Assembly: GCA_963761335.1 (NCBI GenBank)
Contig: CAVXGR010000024.1
Location: 1 to 64,000 of the forward strand
Source of the DNA: an uncultured delta proteobacterium
GTDB lineage: Bacteria; Desulfobacterota; Binatia; HRBIN30; BPIQ01
DNA: 64,000 bases
Direction of reading: 5' to 3'
Shown piece after piece: positions 41,711-51,493 of the stretch. A program made the translations under genes and the position numbers. Each line of letters opens with the position of its first letter. Position 1 is the stretch's first letter. Under the pieces are notes generated by a model that worked only from the letters and a program-made list of their open reading frames with translations, did not search any database and was not told the DNA's origin.

Positions 41711-42960
41711 GCCGTGTGGACGTCCACGGCGATCACCGTGGCATCGTCGTCGAGGGCCGACTCGGGTAGCGCCACGGTCAGCTCGCCGAGGGGATCGGCG
41801 TTGAACATCTCATCGATGATCGCGCCGCGGGTCGAGTAGGCGAGAGAGGCGCCGGTGGACAGCAGTCGCACCGAGGAGATGCGGCGGATGGGGAGGCCGC
41901 GGACGGCGACCGAGTCGTAGGGGCGCATCAGGAGGTGCAGGTAGATGGTATCGCCGCGGCGGGTCGACGGACCGTAGAACTGCCACGGCTCCAGACCCGG
42001 CTGGGTGTCGACAATCGCCTCGCCGTGCAGCTTCGTCCAGCGGGCGATCGCGTCGAGCCGCTGCGTCTGCTCCAGCGGCAGCCGCCCGTCCGCCATGGGG
42101 CTGACGTTCAGCAGCAGGTTGCCGCCGCGCCCGGCGACCTCACAGAGAGCGTGGATCATCTGGCGCCCCGACTTGTACTGGGTGTCCGTCGGATTATAGC
42201 CCCAGCTCTCATTCATGGTCATGCAGGTCTCCCATAGAGAGGAAGGAGGCCGTGGCGGCACGAACTGTTCCGGTGTCTCGAAGTCGCCGCACCCAGGCAG
42301 GCGGTCGTTGATCAGAATCTGCGGCTGGAGAGATTTGATCATCTGCCGCAGCTCGGCCGCATGCCACATCTCCGGCGGGTTGCGCTCCCAGGCGCCGTCG
42401 AACCAGATCACGTCGATTGGCCCGTAGTTGGTGAGCAGCTCGCGCACCTGGCCGAACAGGAAGGCCAGGTACTCGCTCCATTGCTCGGGCGTCGGCCGCG
42501 GCAGGCGAAAGAAATCGTAAGGCTTGTACGCCTCGGTGAACGCCGGATAGGCGGGATGGTGCCAGTCGCTCAGCGAGTAGTAGAGGCCGACGTGCAATCC
42601 CTCGTCGCGGAAGGCGTCGACAAAGCCGCGGACGATGTCGGTGCGGTAGGGCGAGTGCATCACCGAGAAGTCCGTCAGCGCCGTGTCGAAGAGAGAGAAG
42701 CCGTCGTGGTGCTTGGCGGTGAGCACCGCGTAGCGCATGCCGAGCTCCCGCGCCCGCCGCGCCCAGGCGCGCGGCTCGTAGAGCTGCGGGTCGAACCTCT
42801 CGGCGCAGGCGTAGTACTCATCGATCGAAACGCTGCCGCAACGCGGCAGGGTGGTCACGCCGCCGACCAGCGGCCAGGACAGCTCCCAGCCGCCGACGCT
42901 GCTGAGACCCCAGTGGATGAACATTCCGAATCTGGCGGTGTCGAACCAGGAGCTGCTCAT
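41707..42960 (-). CDS. Alpha-L-fucosidase (GH29)
   Basis: FGMFIHWG, TAKHHDGF, LYYSLSDW, IWFDG, WETCMT, GGNLLLNV motifs. Confidence 0.93.
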   Translation of the reverse strand: MSSSWFDTARFGMFIHWGLSSVGGWELSWPLVGGVTTLPRCGSVSIDEYYACAERFDPQLYEPRAWARRARELGMRYAVLTAKHHDGFSLFDTALTDFSVMHSPYRTDIVRGFVDAFRDEGLHVGLYYSLSDWHHPAYPAFTEAYKPYDFFRLPRPTPEQWSEYLAFLFGQVRELLTNYGPIDVIWFDGAWERNPPEMWHAAELRQMIKSLQPQILINDRLPGCGDFETPEQFVPPRPPSSLWETCMTMNESWGYNPTDTQYKSGRQMIHALCEVAGRGGNLLLNVSPMADGRLPLEQTQRLDAIARWTKLHGEAIVDTQPGLEPWQFYGPSTRRGDTIYLHLLMRPYDSVAVRGLPIRRISSVRLLSTGASLAYSTRGAIIDEMFNADPLGELTVALPESALDDDATVIAVDVHTA

Positions 42961-43097
42961 TCTCTTTCCGTGCTGCCTGCGATTTCCCGTCGGGCGGGGA
43001 CGCGGCTGGTTGAGACTCGAACTTCTTCCGCATAGAGTCAATCGATGTCGTTGAGTCACTGTCCTCCAGTCGAGGTGGCCAGCGCCGGTGAGAGCCG

Positions 43098-44456
43098 ATG
43101 AGCGCCCCCACCCGGGCTTCCGCCAGACACAGCGCCGGCGCCGCCGCTGCTGCCGTGCGATCGGCCGCAGCTGATCTGCCGAGCCGCTTCCGCGAGGTTC
43201 GACGGCAGACGGAGCGGCTGTGCGAGCCGCTGTCCGCAGAGGATTGCCAGGTGCAGTCGATGCCCGACGCCAGCCCGGTGAAATGGCACCTGGCGCACAC
43301 CACCTGGTTTTTCGAGACCTTCGTTCTCGAGCCGTGCGTCGATGACTACGCGCCGGTGCACCCGGCATTTCGCGTTCTCTTCAACTCCTATTATCAGTCG
43401 GTGGGCGAGCAGTACCCGCGGCCGCGGCGCGGGATGTTGACGCGGCCGTCGCTCGCGGAGGTTCGCGCCTACCGGCGGCACATCGATCGACAGATGGGCG
43501 ATCTTCTGAAAAGAGGACCGCTGGAGTCGGGGGTGGCCGCGGTGGTCGAGCTCGGGCTGCACCACGAGCAGCAGCATCAGGAGCTCATCCTTACGGACAT
43601 CAAGCACGCGCTCTCCGAGAACCCTCTCGCGCCGGTGTACGCGGCGGGCGCGCCGGGCCCCGAGGGTGCTGTCGCGGCGCCGGCGCCTCTGCGCTGGCAC
43701 GCCTATGATGGTGGGATCTTCTGCATCGGACACGAACCGGAGAGCGGTTTCAGCTTCGACAACGAAACGCCGCGGCACCGGGTGTTGCTGGAGCCGTTCG
43801 ATCTGGCATCGCGCCCGGTGACCAACGGCGAGTTCATCGACTTCATGGAGAGCGGCGGCTATCGGCGGCCGGAGCTTTGGCTTTCCGATGCCTGGGTGGC
43901 CCTGCAGGCGAGGGGCTGGGACTGTCCCTTCTACTGGCGACGGCAGGGTGGCGGCTGGAGCGTCTATACGCTGTCGGGGCTGCGGCCGGTCTCGGCCTGC
44001 GAGCCGCTATGCCACGTCAGCTACTACGAAGCCGATGCCTACGCCCGTTGGGCGGAGGCGCGTCTGCCGAGTGAGGCGGAGTGGGAGGTTGCCGCCGCCC
44101 CGGTGCCGATCGCCGGCAACTTCGTCGACAGCGGCGCGTTTCATCCCAGAGCCGATGTCGGGAACGGCAATGTGCCGGCCCAGATCTACGGAGACGTGTG
44201 GGAGTGGACGCGCACGCCGTACACGGCGTACCCCGGATATCGGCCGCCGGCCGGCGCTCTGGGCGAGTACAACGGCAAGTTCATGTGCAACCAGGTCGTG
44301 CTGCGCGGCGGCTCGTGTGCGACGCCGCGCTCGCACATGCGCGCCAGCTATCGCAACTTCTTCCCTCCCGAGGCGCGCTGGCAATTCAGCGGGATCCGCC
44401 TGGCGCGCGACGGCTCTCCTCGAGCTCGTCGAGTGAACGCGGCCAGTCGTCCTTGA
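43098..44456 (+). CDS. egtB: Ergothioneine biosynthesis sulfoxide synthase
   Basis: SPVKWHLAHTTWFFE, FNSYY, HHEQQHQEL, EYNGKFM, YRNFF motifs. Confidence 0.9.
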   Translation: MSAPTRASARHSAGAAAAAVRSAAADLPSRFREVRRQTERLCEPLSAEDCQVQSMPDASPVKWHLAHTTWFFETFVLEPCVDDYAPVHPAFRVLFNSYYQSVGEQYPRPRRGMLTRPSLAEVRAYRRHIDRQMGDLLKRGPLESGVAAVVELGLHHEQQHQELILTDIKHALSENPLAPVYAAGAPGPEGAVAAPAPLRWHAYDGGIFCIGHEPESGFSFDNETPRHRVLLEPFDLASRPVTNGEFIDFMESGGYRRPELWLSDAWVALQARGWDCPFYWRRQGGGWSVYTLSGLRPVSACEPLCHVSYYEADAYARWAEARLPSEAEWEVAAAPVPIAGNFVDSGAFHPRADVGNGNVPAQIYGDVWEWTRTPYTAYPGYRPPAGALGEYNGKFMCNQVVLRGGSCATPRSHMRASYRNFFPPEARWQFSGIRLARDGSPRARRVNAASRP

Positions 44457-45306
44457 GCAGGCGAGACAGCGAGCGATCGGCGAGAAGGCGTCCCTCTGTC
44501 TGGCAGGTCGGGCAGTAGTTGGTCTCGTTCTCGGCGTAGCGGATGCGCTGCACGGCGCGCCGGCACAGCGGGCAGGGTTGGCGATAGCGGCCGTGAACCG
44601 CGAAGCCCTCGCGGAAGGCGGTGATATCGCCGGGCCCGGGAAACCGCTCCAAGAACTGCCGGCGGAGATTCTCGATCCACGTCTGCAACACGGCGCGAGT
44701 CGCCTGATGGAGTCGGGCGATCTCGTCGTCGCTCAGGCGGGAAGTCAGCTTCACCGGCGATAGGCGGGCGGCGTGAAGGATCTCGTCCGAGTAGGCGTTG
44801 CCAATGCCGCTGAACAGGCGCGGGTCGCTGAGAGCGCGCTTCAGGGTGTGGTTCTCCCGCCGCAGCGCTGCCGCGAACCGCGACAGCGGCGCCTCGAGCA
44901 CCTCGATGCCTCCCGGGTCGTGCACGGCCAACGCCGTCTCGCCTCGTACCAGGTACAGCGAGGCCCGTTTTTTCGGGCTGGCTTCGGTCATCAGCAGAGT
45001 GCCGGCGGGGAAATCGAAAGCCGCGAGCCCGATCTTCCCGGGCGGCTTGGCGCCGCGGCGTTCCCAGCGGAAGCGACCGGCGATCATCAGGTGGAAGATC
45101 AGGAATAGCTCATCGTCCAGCTCGAGCACGACGCGCTTTCCCAAACGCCGCACGTGCCGCACGACGCGGCCCGCGGCGGCGGCGATCGGCGGCTCGACCG
45201 AGCGCAGGAGGAATGGGCTGGCGAGACGGACGCGCTCGAGGGGCTGGCCGAGTATGCGCGGCTGCAGCGCTTCGATATAGGCGGTGATATCGGGCAGCTC
45301 GGGCAC
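44386..45306 (-). CDS. Fpg/Nei family DNA glycosylase
   Basis: N-terminal PELPD, HLMIAG, GIGNAYSDE and a C-terminal zinc finger. Confidence 0.92.
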   Translation of the reverse strand: MPELPDITAYIEALQPRILGQPLERVRLASPFLLRSVEPPIAAAAGRVVRHVRRLGKRVVLELDDELFLIFHLMIAGRFRWERRGAKPPGKIGLAAFDFPAGTLLMTEASPKKRASLYLVRGETALAVHDPGGIEVLEAPLSRFAAALRRENHTLKRALSDPRLFSGIGNAYSDEILHAARLSPVKLTSRLSDDEIARLHQATRAVLQTWIENLRRQFLERFPGPGDITAFREGFAVHGRYRQPCPLCRRAVQRIRYAENETNYCPTCQTEGRLLADRSLSRLLKDDWPRSLDELEESRRAPGGSR

Positions 45307-45362
45307 GGGCGGTGGGGCTCTCCGCGCCGCTCATACGACGTCGGCCGCGGGCCGCACAAGCC

Positions 45363-45470
45363 TCAGGTGCAACCGCGCAGAACGAACACCAGAATCAACA
45401 CAGGGATGGGGATGCCGAGCAGCCAGAGCAGGATCCAGCCGACTTTTCCGGATTCACTCGATGGTGTCAT
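45363..45470 (-). CDS. 35-aa single-TM small protein
   Basis: MTPSSESGKVGWILLWLLGIPIPVLILVFVLRGCT; TGATG coupling to the upstream gene. Confidence 0.65.
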   Translation of the reverse strand: MTPSSESGKVGWILLWLLGIPIPVLILVFVLRGCT

Positions 45471-45967
45471 CAAGCGGACCTCTCCCGCACCGGCGTCAGG
45501 CCGGTGCGCCTTCCTCTCGTTTTCTTCTTCCGCAGAACCCGATTCGACGCTTCGTCCACCGAGTGAGAGGTGCGCAGGTTGCGCTCCTTCTTGGCGATCT
45601 CGGCGAGCCGGCGATAGTGGCGCTCCAGGGTGTCGAGCTCCTCCTCGGTGAGATCCTCGACGACGACGAGATGGTTGCTGGCTCCCGGGACTGCGGCCAC
45701 CAGCTCGTTCAGCTTCAGATGGATCGCCAGCGAGTCCTTGTTCTGCGCCCGTTGGATCAGGAACACCATCAGGAAAGTAACCACGGTGGTGCCGGTGTTG
45801 ATGACCAGCTGCCAGGTGTCCGAGTAGCGAAACACCGGGCCGAGCAATGCCCATAGCAGGACGGCGCCGGCGGCAATCGCGAGAGCCGGAGTGCTCCCGG
45901 TGAATTGCGTCGCCGCGCCGGCGAATCTCTCGAAGAGAGCCGTGAGGCGGGTACTCGATCTGGTCAT
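45470..45967 (-). CDS. Low-affinity iron permease family protein
   Basis: SDTWQLVINTGTTVVTFLMVFLIQ...QNKD...KLNEL motif. Confidence 0.88.
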   Translation of the reverse strand: MTRSSTRLTALFERFAGAATQFTGSTPALAIAAGAVLLWALLGPVFRYSDTWQLVINTGTTVVTFLMVFLIQRAQNKDSLAIHLKLNELVAAVPGASNHLVVVEDLTEEELDTLERHYRRLAEIAKKERNLRTSHSVDEASNRVLRKKKTRGRRTGLTPVRERSA

Positions 45968-46016
45968 TGGGCCGCGTCGCGGGCCGGCTCAGGGCCGGCC
46001 CGCGCTCTCCGGGTGC

Positions 46017-46316
46017 CTATTGGTTGGCCTTCTGACGCGCCTTGCCCTTGAGCTCCTTGGCCTTTCCCTCGGCGGCCATGCTGTCGTCGTCGATCACCTG
46101 GCCGACCCGGTTCTTCACCTTTCCGGCCACCTCTTCGAGCTTGCCCTTGGTGCGCTCCTGCACCTTTGCCGCCTCCTGCTTCGCCTCACCGCGCAGCTCC
46201 TTGGCGCGGCCTTCGGCTTCCATCTCGTCATCGCCGACGATCTTGCCGATGTTCTTCTTGATCTTGCCGCCGAGCTCCTCAGCGGCCCCTTCTCCTCGTC
46301 GTGTTTGCGAGTCCAT
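46017..46316 (-). CDS. CsbD-family stress protein (two repeats)
   Basis: Duplicated GK.K..G..DD.M.AEG.A.ELKG motif; AAGGAG RBS. Confidence 0.85.
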   Translation of the reverse strand: MDSQTRRGEGAAEELGGKIKKNIGKIVGDDEMEAEGRAKELRGEAKQEAAKVQERTKGKLEEVAGKVKNRVGQVIDDDSMAAEGKAKELKGKARQKANQ

Positions 46317-46336
46317 CAACGTTCTCCTTTTGATCT

Positions 46337-46513
46337 TCAGTGAGTGGCATCATCTACCGCATCGCCGACATCGTCGGCGGCCTTGTCGATCTTCTTTCCC
46401 GCGCGTTCGGCCGGTCCCTCGTGGTGACAGCCGGCCAGCGATGCCGTTCCCACGGCAATGAAGGCCGCCGCCGCGACTCCGAGGATGGACCGGCTCAACG
46501 TCTGCATTCGCAT
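46337..46513 (-). CDS. Small lipoprotein
   Basis: LAGC lipobox, EGPAERAGKKID; AGGAGG RBS. Confidence 0.8.
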   Translation of the reverse strand: MRMQTLSRSILGVAAAAFIAVGTASLAGCHHEGPAERAGKKIDKAADDVGDAVDDATH

Positions 46514-46822
46514 CGAACTCCTCCTTCCATGCGCGGGGCGCATCACGCTGTTGGACGACGGTGTCTGCTCTAGTGCCCCCCGCGATTGCTTGGGGAGCAG
46601 CAAAGCGGGAAGCGTGCCAGCACACCAACGACAACCGGCGGCCTCCGCCACAGAGGAAATCGACGCAAGGAAGAACCAACTTGCATGACTTTTTGAAAGT
46701 TGCAGCCGTCCTCGACGATTGTACCGATTACATGTCTCCGAGTAGGAAGTGCCGGAGTGCGACGTGGCTCAGTCCGAGACACGCGGCTTGACGGCGCTGT
46801 CTGCTTCGGGACAGAAGAGAAT

Positions 46823-47887
46823 GTGCTGCGTTCGCCGTCTGCCAGCGAGCTTCTGCAACCGGTCGACGCCGGCGAGCCGCTCGATTTGGACGCCGTGCTG
46901 CATTTCATGCGCGAGCACCTCGACGAGCCGCCGGCGGCGCTCGAGGCCCGGCGCTTCGGCGGTGGCTCTTCGAACCTCACCTACCTGCTCACGGACGGCG
47001 AGAGAGAATGGGTTCTGCGCCGCCCTCCGAGCGGACCTCTGTTGCCGACGGCACACGACATGGCGCGCGAGTTCCGCGTGCTCTCGGCGTTGCTGGACAC
47101 CGGGGTTGCGGTGCCGCGTCCACTGGCGCTGTGCTCCGATAGCGGACCTCTGGGCGCGCCCTTCTACATCATGGAGCGCAAGCGCGGCATCGTCGTGCGC
47201 ACGGACATCCCCGCGGAGATCGGCGACAGCGAAGCGAGACGGCGAAAGGCGAGCCTTGCGGTGATCGACGCCATGGCCGCGCTGCACGCCGTCGACTGGC
47301 GGGGCGTCGGTCTGGGGGAGGGCTTCGGCAAGCCGGACGGCTACCTGGTGCGACAGCTGCGTCGCTGGCGGGAGCAGTGGCAGCGCTCCCGCGATCGCGA
47401 GGTGCCGGAGGTGGAACGGCTAGCGATGTGGTTGGCGGCGCACATACCGGAGTCACCGCCGGCGGCTATCGTCCACGGGGACTTCCGCTTGGAGAACTGC
47501 ATGCTCCATCCAGAGTCACTGCGCGTCGTCGCCATTTTCGACTGGGAAATGTCGACCATCGGGGATCCGCTCGCCGATCTGGGTTGGGCGTTGGCCTACT
47601 GGCCCACTCCCGGCGACCCGGCGGCCTGGCGTGAGTCGGTGCCGGCGGTGTCGGTGCTGCCCGGCTTTCCGTCGCGGGCGGAGCTGATGGAGCACTACGC
47701 GGCGCTCACCGGTCGGGATCTCGCGCACCTCCGCTTCTATCAGGCGCTGGGGCTCTACAAGCTGGCGATCATCGCCCAGGGAATCCACCGGCGAGTCACC
47801 GCCGGGCAGATCCGTCTCAAGCACGCGGTAGGCATGGGCGAACGCGTGGCGATGATCGCAGCGGCGGGGGTGTCGCTGGTCGACTGA
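46823..47887 (+). CDS. Phosphotransferase (APH / ACAD10-11-like) family protein
   Basis: GGSSNLTY, AHDMARE, HGDFRLEN, DWEMSTIGDP motifs; start approximate. Confidence 0.9.
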   Translation: MLRSPSASELLQPVDAGEPLDLDAVLHFMREHLDEPPAALEARRFGGGSSNLTYLLTDGEREWVLRRPPSGPLLPTAHDMAREFRVLSALLDTGVAVPRPLALCSDSGPLGAPFYIMERKRGIVVRTDIPAEIGDSEARRRKASLAVIDAMAALHAVDWRGVGLGEGFGKPDGYLVRQLRRWREQWQRSRDREVPEVERLAMWLAAHIPESPPAAIVHGDFRLENCMLHPESLRVVAIFDWEMSTIGDPLADLGWALAYWPTPGDPAAWRESVPAVSVLPGFPSRAELMEHYAALTGRDLAHLRFYQALGLYKLAIIAQGIHRRVTAGQIRLKHAVGMGERVAMIAAAGVSLVD

Positions 47888-47890
47888 GCG

Positions 47891-48922
47891 GTGGCTGGGT
47901 CGCTGTCCTCTCTGGAATCGATTCCGCTGGTGTCGATTCTCCTGCCGGCGTTCGACGCCGGGCATACCATCGACGCCTGTCTGCGCAGCGTGCGGCGGCA
48001 GACCCTGGGCTCGTGGGAGTGCGTGGTGGTCGACGACGGATCGGGGGACGATACGGCGGCGCGGGTGCGCGCCGCCGCCGCCATGGACGGGAGATTCCGC
48101 CTGCTGTCCTTTCCGCATCGCGGGCTGGTGGAGACGCTCAATGCCGGTCTCGAGGCCTGCCGGGGTGTCTTCGTGGCGCGCATGGATGCGGACGATCTCA
48201 TGCACCGCGAGCGCCTCGCGGCGCAGGTGGCGGTGCTGGTGGCCGACCGTGGTCTGACGGCCGTGGGTTGCGGCGTTCGCGTCTTTCCCCGGTCGGGGAT
48301 GCGCGCCGGGCGGCGCGATTACGAGAGGTGGCTCAACGCGGTCGATTCCGAGCATCGCCTCCGCTGCGAGGCGTTCGTCGAGTGTCCGGTGGCGCATCCG
48401 AGCCTGATGATTCACCGCGCCGCGCTGCGGGCTACGGGCTACCGAGATCGCGGCTGGCCGGAAGATTACGATCTGCTTCTTCGCCTTCTCGGCGAGCGCG
48501 CCCGCATCGGCGTAGTGAATCGCCGGCTGCTCTGCTGGCGCGACACGCCCGGACGGCTGTCGCGCCGCAGCCCCCGCTACTCCATCGAGAGCTTCACCGC
48601 CTGCAAGGCGGAGTTCCTTGCCCAGGGGATCCTGGCGGGCGGGGAGCACTACGTTCTGTGGGGCTACGGCGGCACCGGCAAGAAGCTGTGCCGCGCCCTG
48701 CGGCGACACGGAAAGCGGCCGGGTCTGATCGTCGAGGTCCATCCCCGGCGCCTCGGTAAGGTCATCGCCGGGGCGCGAGTCGTGGAGCCGGCGGCACTGG
48801 CGAATGTGCGCGACATGCCGATCGTCGTCTCGGTGGCCGGAGAGAGGCCGCGAGGCGAGAGCCGTGGCGCCCTGACGGCGATGGGATTCCGCGAGCTGAC
48901 CGACTTCGTCTGCGCCGCCTAG
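47891..48922 (+). CDS. Glycosyltransferase family 2 with C-terminal Rossmann-like domain
   Basis: VVDDGS, ARMDADD, PEDY and LWGYGGTG motifs. Confidence 0.88.
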   Translation: MAGSLSSLESIPLVSILLPAFDAGHTIDACLRSVRRQTLGSWECVVVDDGSGDDTAARVRAAAAMDGRFRLLSFPHRGLVETLNAGLEACRGVFVARMDADDLMHRERLAAQVAVLVADRGLTAVGCGVRVFPRSGMRAGRRDYERWLNAVDSEHRLRCEAFVECPVAHPSLMIHRAALRATGYRDRGWPEDYDLLLRLLGERARIGVVNRRLLCWRDTPGRLSRRSPRYSIESFTACKAEFLAQGILAGGEHYVLWGYGGTGKKLCRALRRHGKRPGLIVEVHPRRLGKVIAGARVVEPAALANVRDMPIVVSVAGERPRGESRGALTAMGFRELTDFVCAA

Positions 48923-48930
48923 CAGCGGCC

Positions 48931-49007
48931 GGGGACAGGCACCTTTTCGGCAGCCAAAGTCGACTGCTCCAATGGAGCGTCCTTGCGCCGAAAAGGAGCC
49001 AGTCCCC
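48931..49007. repeat. 77-bp GGGGAC...GTCCCC inverted-repeat element, copy 2
   Basis: GGGGACAGGCACCTTTTCGGC...GCCGAAAAGGAGCCAGTCCCC. Confidence 0.8.
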
Positions 49008-49229
49008 TTGCGCGTCCTTGACCCACCGCCATTGCACCTAGGCGCCTTGGGGGCAGTGGCGGTGATCGAGCGATGCGGCGTCGAGCCGACTCCTGGCCGG
49101 GCACCGGCACGTCGGCTATACCGGCGAGGTGAGCGCGCAGTACTTTGCTGTGACCAGCCGCTATCGTCGCCAGGGGGGCCGCTGGCGGAGACTGGAAGAG
49201 GCGGGATCGGCGGCGGGAGCGCCGCCGCC

Positions 49230-51167
49230 ATGAGCGCGGCGCCGGCGGCCGCGAAGGAAGCGCCCTGCGGGTCGTGGCGGTCGCCGTTGGCCGCCGCGCG
49301 GGTGGCGGCGGGGAGTCTTGGGCTGAGCCAGGTCCTCATCGACGGCGGCGACGTCTACTGGATCGAGATGCGTCCACAGGAGGGTGGCCGCAACGTCATC
49401 GTACACATGCGCGATGGAGAGCGGCGGGACGTCGTTCCGTCCGGGTACAGCGCCCGTACCCGCGCCCACGAGTACGGCGGTGGCACCTACGCCGTCGCCG
49501 GAGACCGGGTATACTTCTGCAATTTTGCCGACCAGCGCCTCTACCTCCGCGAGTCCGACGGTGCGCCGCAGCCGCTGACGCCGGCTGCCGATGTGCGCTA
49601 CGCCGACCTGACCGTCGACCTTGGTCGCCGGCGGCTCCTCGCGGTGCGCGAGGACCACCGCTCTGCGGGCGAGCCGGTGAACACTCTGGTGTCCGTGCCG
49701 GCGAGCGGCGGCGAGGCGGAGGTGCTGGTGTCCGGTGCCGATTTCTATTCCTCGCCGTGCCTGAGCCCCGACGGCGGCCGCCTGGCATGGTTGGCGTGGA
49801 ACCATCCGGACATGCCCTGGGACGCCAGCGAGCTGTGGCTCGCAGAGCTCGACGCGGCGGGGACCATTGGCGCGCCCCACCGGCTGGCAGGCGGAAGAGG
49901 GGAGTCGATATTCCAACCCTCGTGGTCGCCCGACGGCCTTCTGCACTTCTCCTCGGATCGCAGCGGTTGGTGGAACCTCTATCGCTGGCGGGACGGGCAG
50001 GCGGAGCCGCTGCTGCCGCCGACCGAAGCGGAGTTCGGGGCGCCGCAGTGGGTCTTCGGGATGTCGACCTATGGATTCGCCGACGCCGCGAACATCATCT
50101 GCACCTTGGCGCGCGGTGGTCGCTGGCATCTGTGCCGGCTCGACGTCGCCGCGCGCCGGCTCCTTCCGCTGGCAGTCCCATGGACCGAGATCTCGTCGCT
50201 GCGCGTCGCCCCGGAGCTCGCGGTGATGTGTGCCGGCAGCCCCCTCGAGATGACGGCCGTCGTGCGCCTGGATCTGCGAAGCGGGACGCACGTGACCCTG
50301 TGCCGTTCGGGCGAGATCGACGTCGAGCCCGGCTATCTGTCGGTGCCGCGTCCGATGGAGTTTGCCACGGGCGGCGGCAAGACGGCGCACGCGCTCTTCT
50401 ACGCACCGCGGAACCGGGACTTCGTCGCTCCCGCGGGGGAGCGTCCGCCACTTCTGGTGAAGTGCCATGGGGGCCCGACGGCGAGTGCGTCCATGGCGCT
50501 GGATCTGCGCATCCAGTACTGGACCAGCCGCGGTATCGCCGTGCTCGACGTCAACTACGGAGGCAGCAGCGGCTACGGCCGCGAGTATCGCCTGCGCCTC
50601 GAGGGACAGTGGGGCGTCGTCGATGTCGACGACTGCGTGAACGCCGCGCTCGCTGTCACCGCTGCGGGAGATGGCGACGCCGGGCGGTTGATGATCTCCG
50701 GGGGGAGTGCCGGGGGCTACACCGCCCTTAGCGCTCTCGTCTTTCGCGACCTCTTTGGCGCCGGCGCCAGTCACTACGGGATCAGCGATCTCGAAGGGTT
50801 GGTCACCGATACCCACAAGTTCGAGGCGCGCTATCTCGACCGGCTGGTCGGACCGTATCCGCAGCAGCGTTTCCTCTATCGAGAGCGCTCGCCGCTGCAC
50901 TTCACCGACAGGCTCGACTGCCCGGTGATCTTCTTCCAGGGGCTCGACGATCTGGTGGTGCCGCCGAGTCAGGCGGAAGCCATGGTGGCGGCGTTGCGCC
51001 GCAAGGGACTGCCGGTAGCTTACGTGACCTTCGCCGGCGAGCAGCACGGCTTTCGGCGTGCCGCCACTATCCGGCGCGTTCTCGAGGCGGAGCTCTACTT
51101 CTACTCGCGGGTCTTCGGCTTTCCCTTGACCGACGCCCTCGAGCCCGTCGCCATCGAGAATCTCTGA
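49230..51167 (+). CDS. S9 family (prolyl oligopeptidase-like) peptidase
   Basis: HGGPT, GGSAGG nucleophile, D and GEQHGF triad motifs. Confidence 0.93.
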   Translation: MSAAPAAAKEAPCGSWRSPLAAARVAAGSLGLSQVLIDGGDVYWIEMRPQEGGRNVIVHMRDGERRDVVPSGYSARTRAHEYGGGTYAVAGDRVYFCNFADQRLYLRESDGAPQPLTPAADVRYADLTVDLGRRRLLAVREDHRSAGEPVNTLVSVPASGGEAEVLVSGADFYSSPCLSPDGGRLAWLAWNHPDMPWDASELWLAELDAAGTIGAPHRLAGGRGESIFQPSWSPDGLLHFSSDRSGWWNLYRWRDGQAEPLLPPTEAEFGAPQWVFGMSTYGFADAANIICTLARGGRWHLCRLDVAARRLLPLAVPWTEISSLRVAPELAVMCAGSPLEMTAVVRLDLRSGTHVTLCRSGEIDVEPGYLSVPRPMEFATGGGKTAHALFYAPRNRDFVAPAGERPPLLVKCHGGPTASASMALDLRIQYWTSRGIAVLDVNYGGSSGYGREYRLRLEGQWGVVDVDDCVNAALAVTAAGDGDAGRLMISGGSAGGYTALSALVFRDLFGAGASHYGISDLEGLVTDTHKFEARYLDRLVGPYPQQRFLYRERSPLHFTDRLDCPVIFFQGLDDLVVPPSQAEAMVAALRRKGLPVAYVTFAGEQHGFRRAATIRRVLEAELYFYSRVFGFPLTDALEPVAIENL

Positions 51168-51242
51168 GCCCGTGCCGTTCCCCCGGCCTCAGGCGGCTGT
51201 CTCACAACCCCTTCAAGGCGATTGCGCCGGCTCCCGGGCCGA

Positions 51243-51292
51243 GTAGAGGCGGCGTTTCGCCGCTTCGGAAAGCGCCGGGACGGCGCTTCTAC
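51243..51292. repeat. GTAG-family REP doublet, copy 3
   Basis: GTAGAGGCGGCGTTTCGCCGCTTCGGAAAGCGCCGGGACGGCGCTTCTAC; bracketed by GGCTGTCTCACAACC / GGTTTTGCGACAGAC. Confidence 0.85.
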
Positions 51293-51493
51293 TTTGGTTT
51301 TGCGACAGACTCTGTAACGCAGGGGCCGAGGAGGGCCCCGCTATGTTTCTTGTCTGGTTGTTGGAGGATGTTTCTCTTTCCCCTGAAATATTTCTTGCAT
51401 GTAGTCAAATTTGGGCTAAACTGCCCAATCAGACTGGGCTGGCAAAACCGAAGGTGGCGGCGCCTGGAGCGCTGCCGGAAAGGGAAGGGATCA

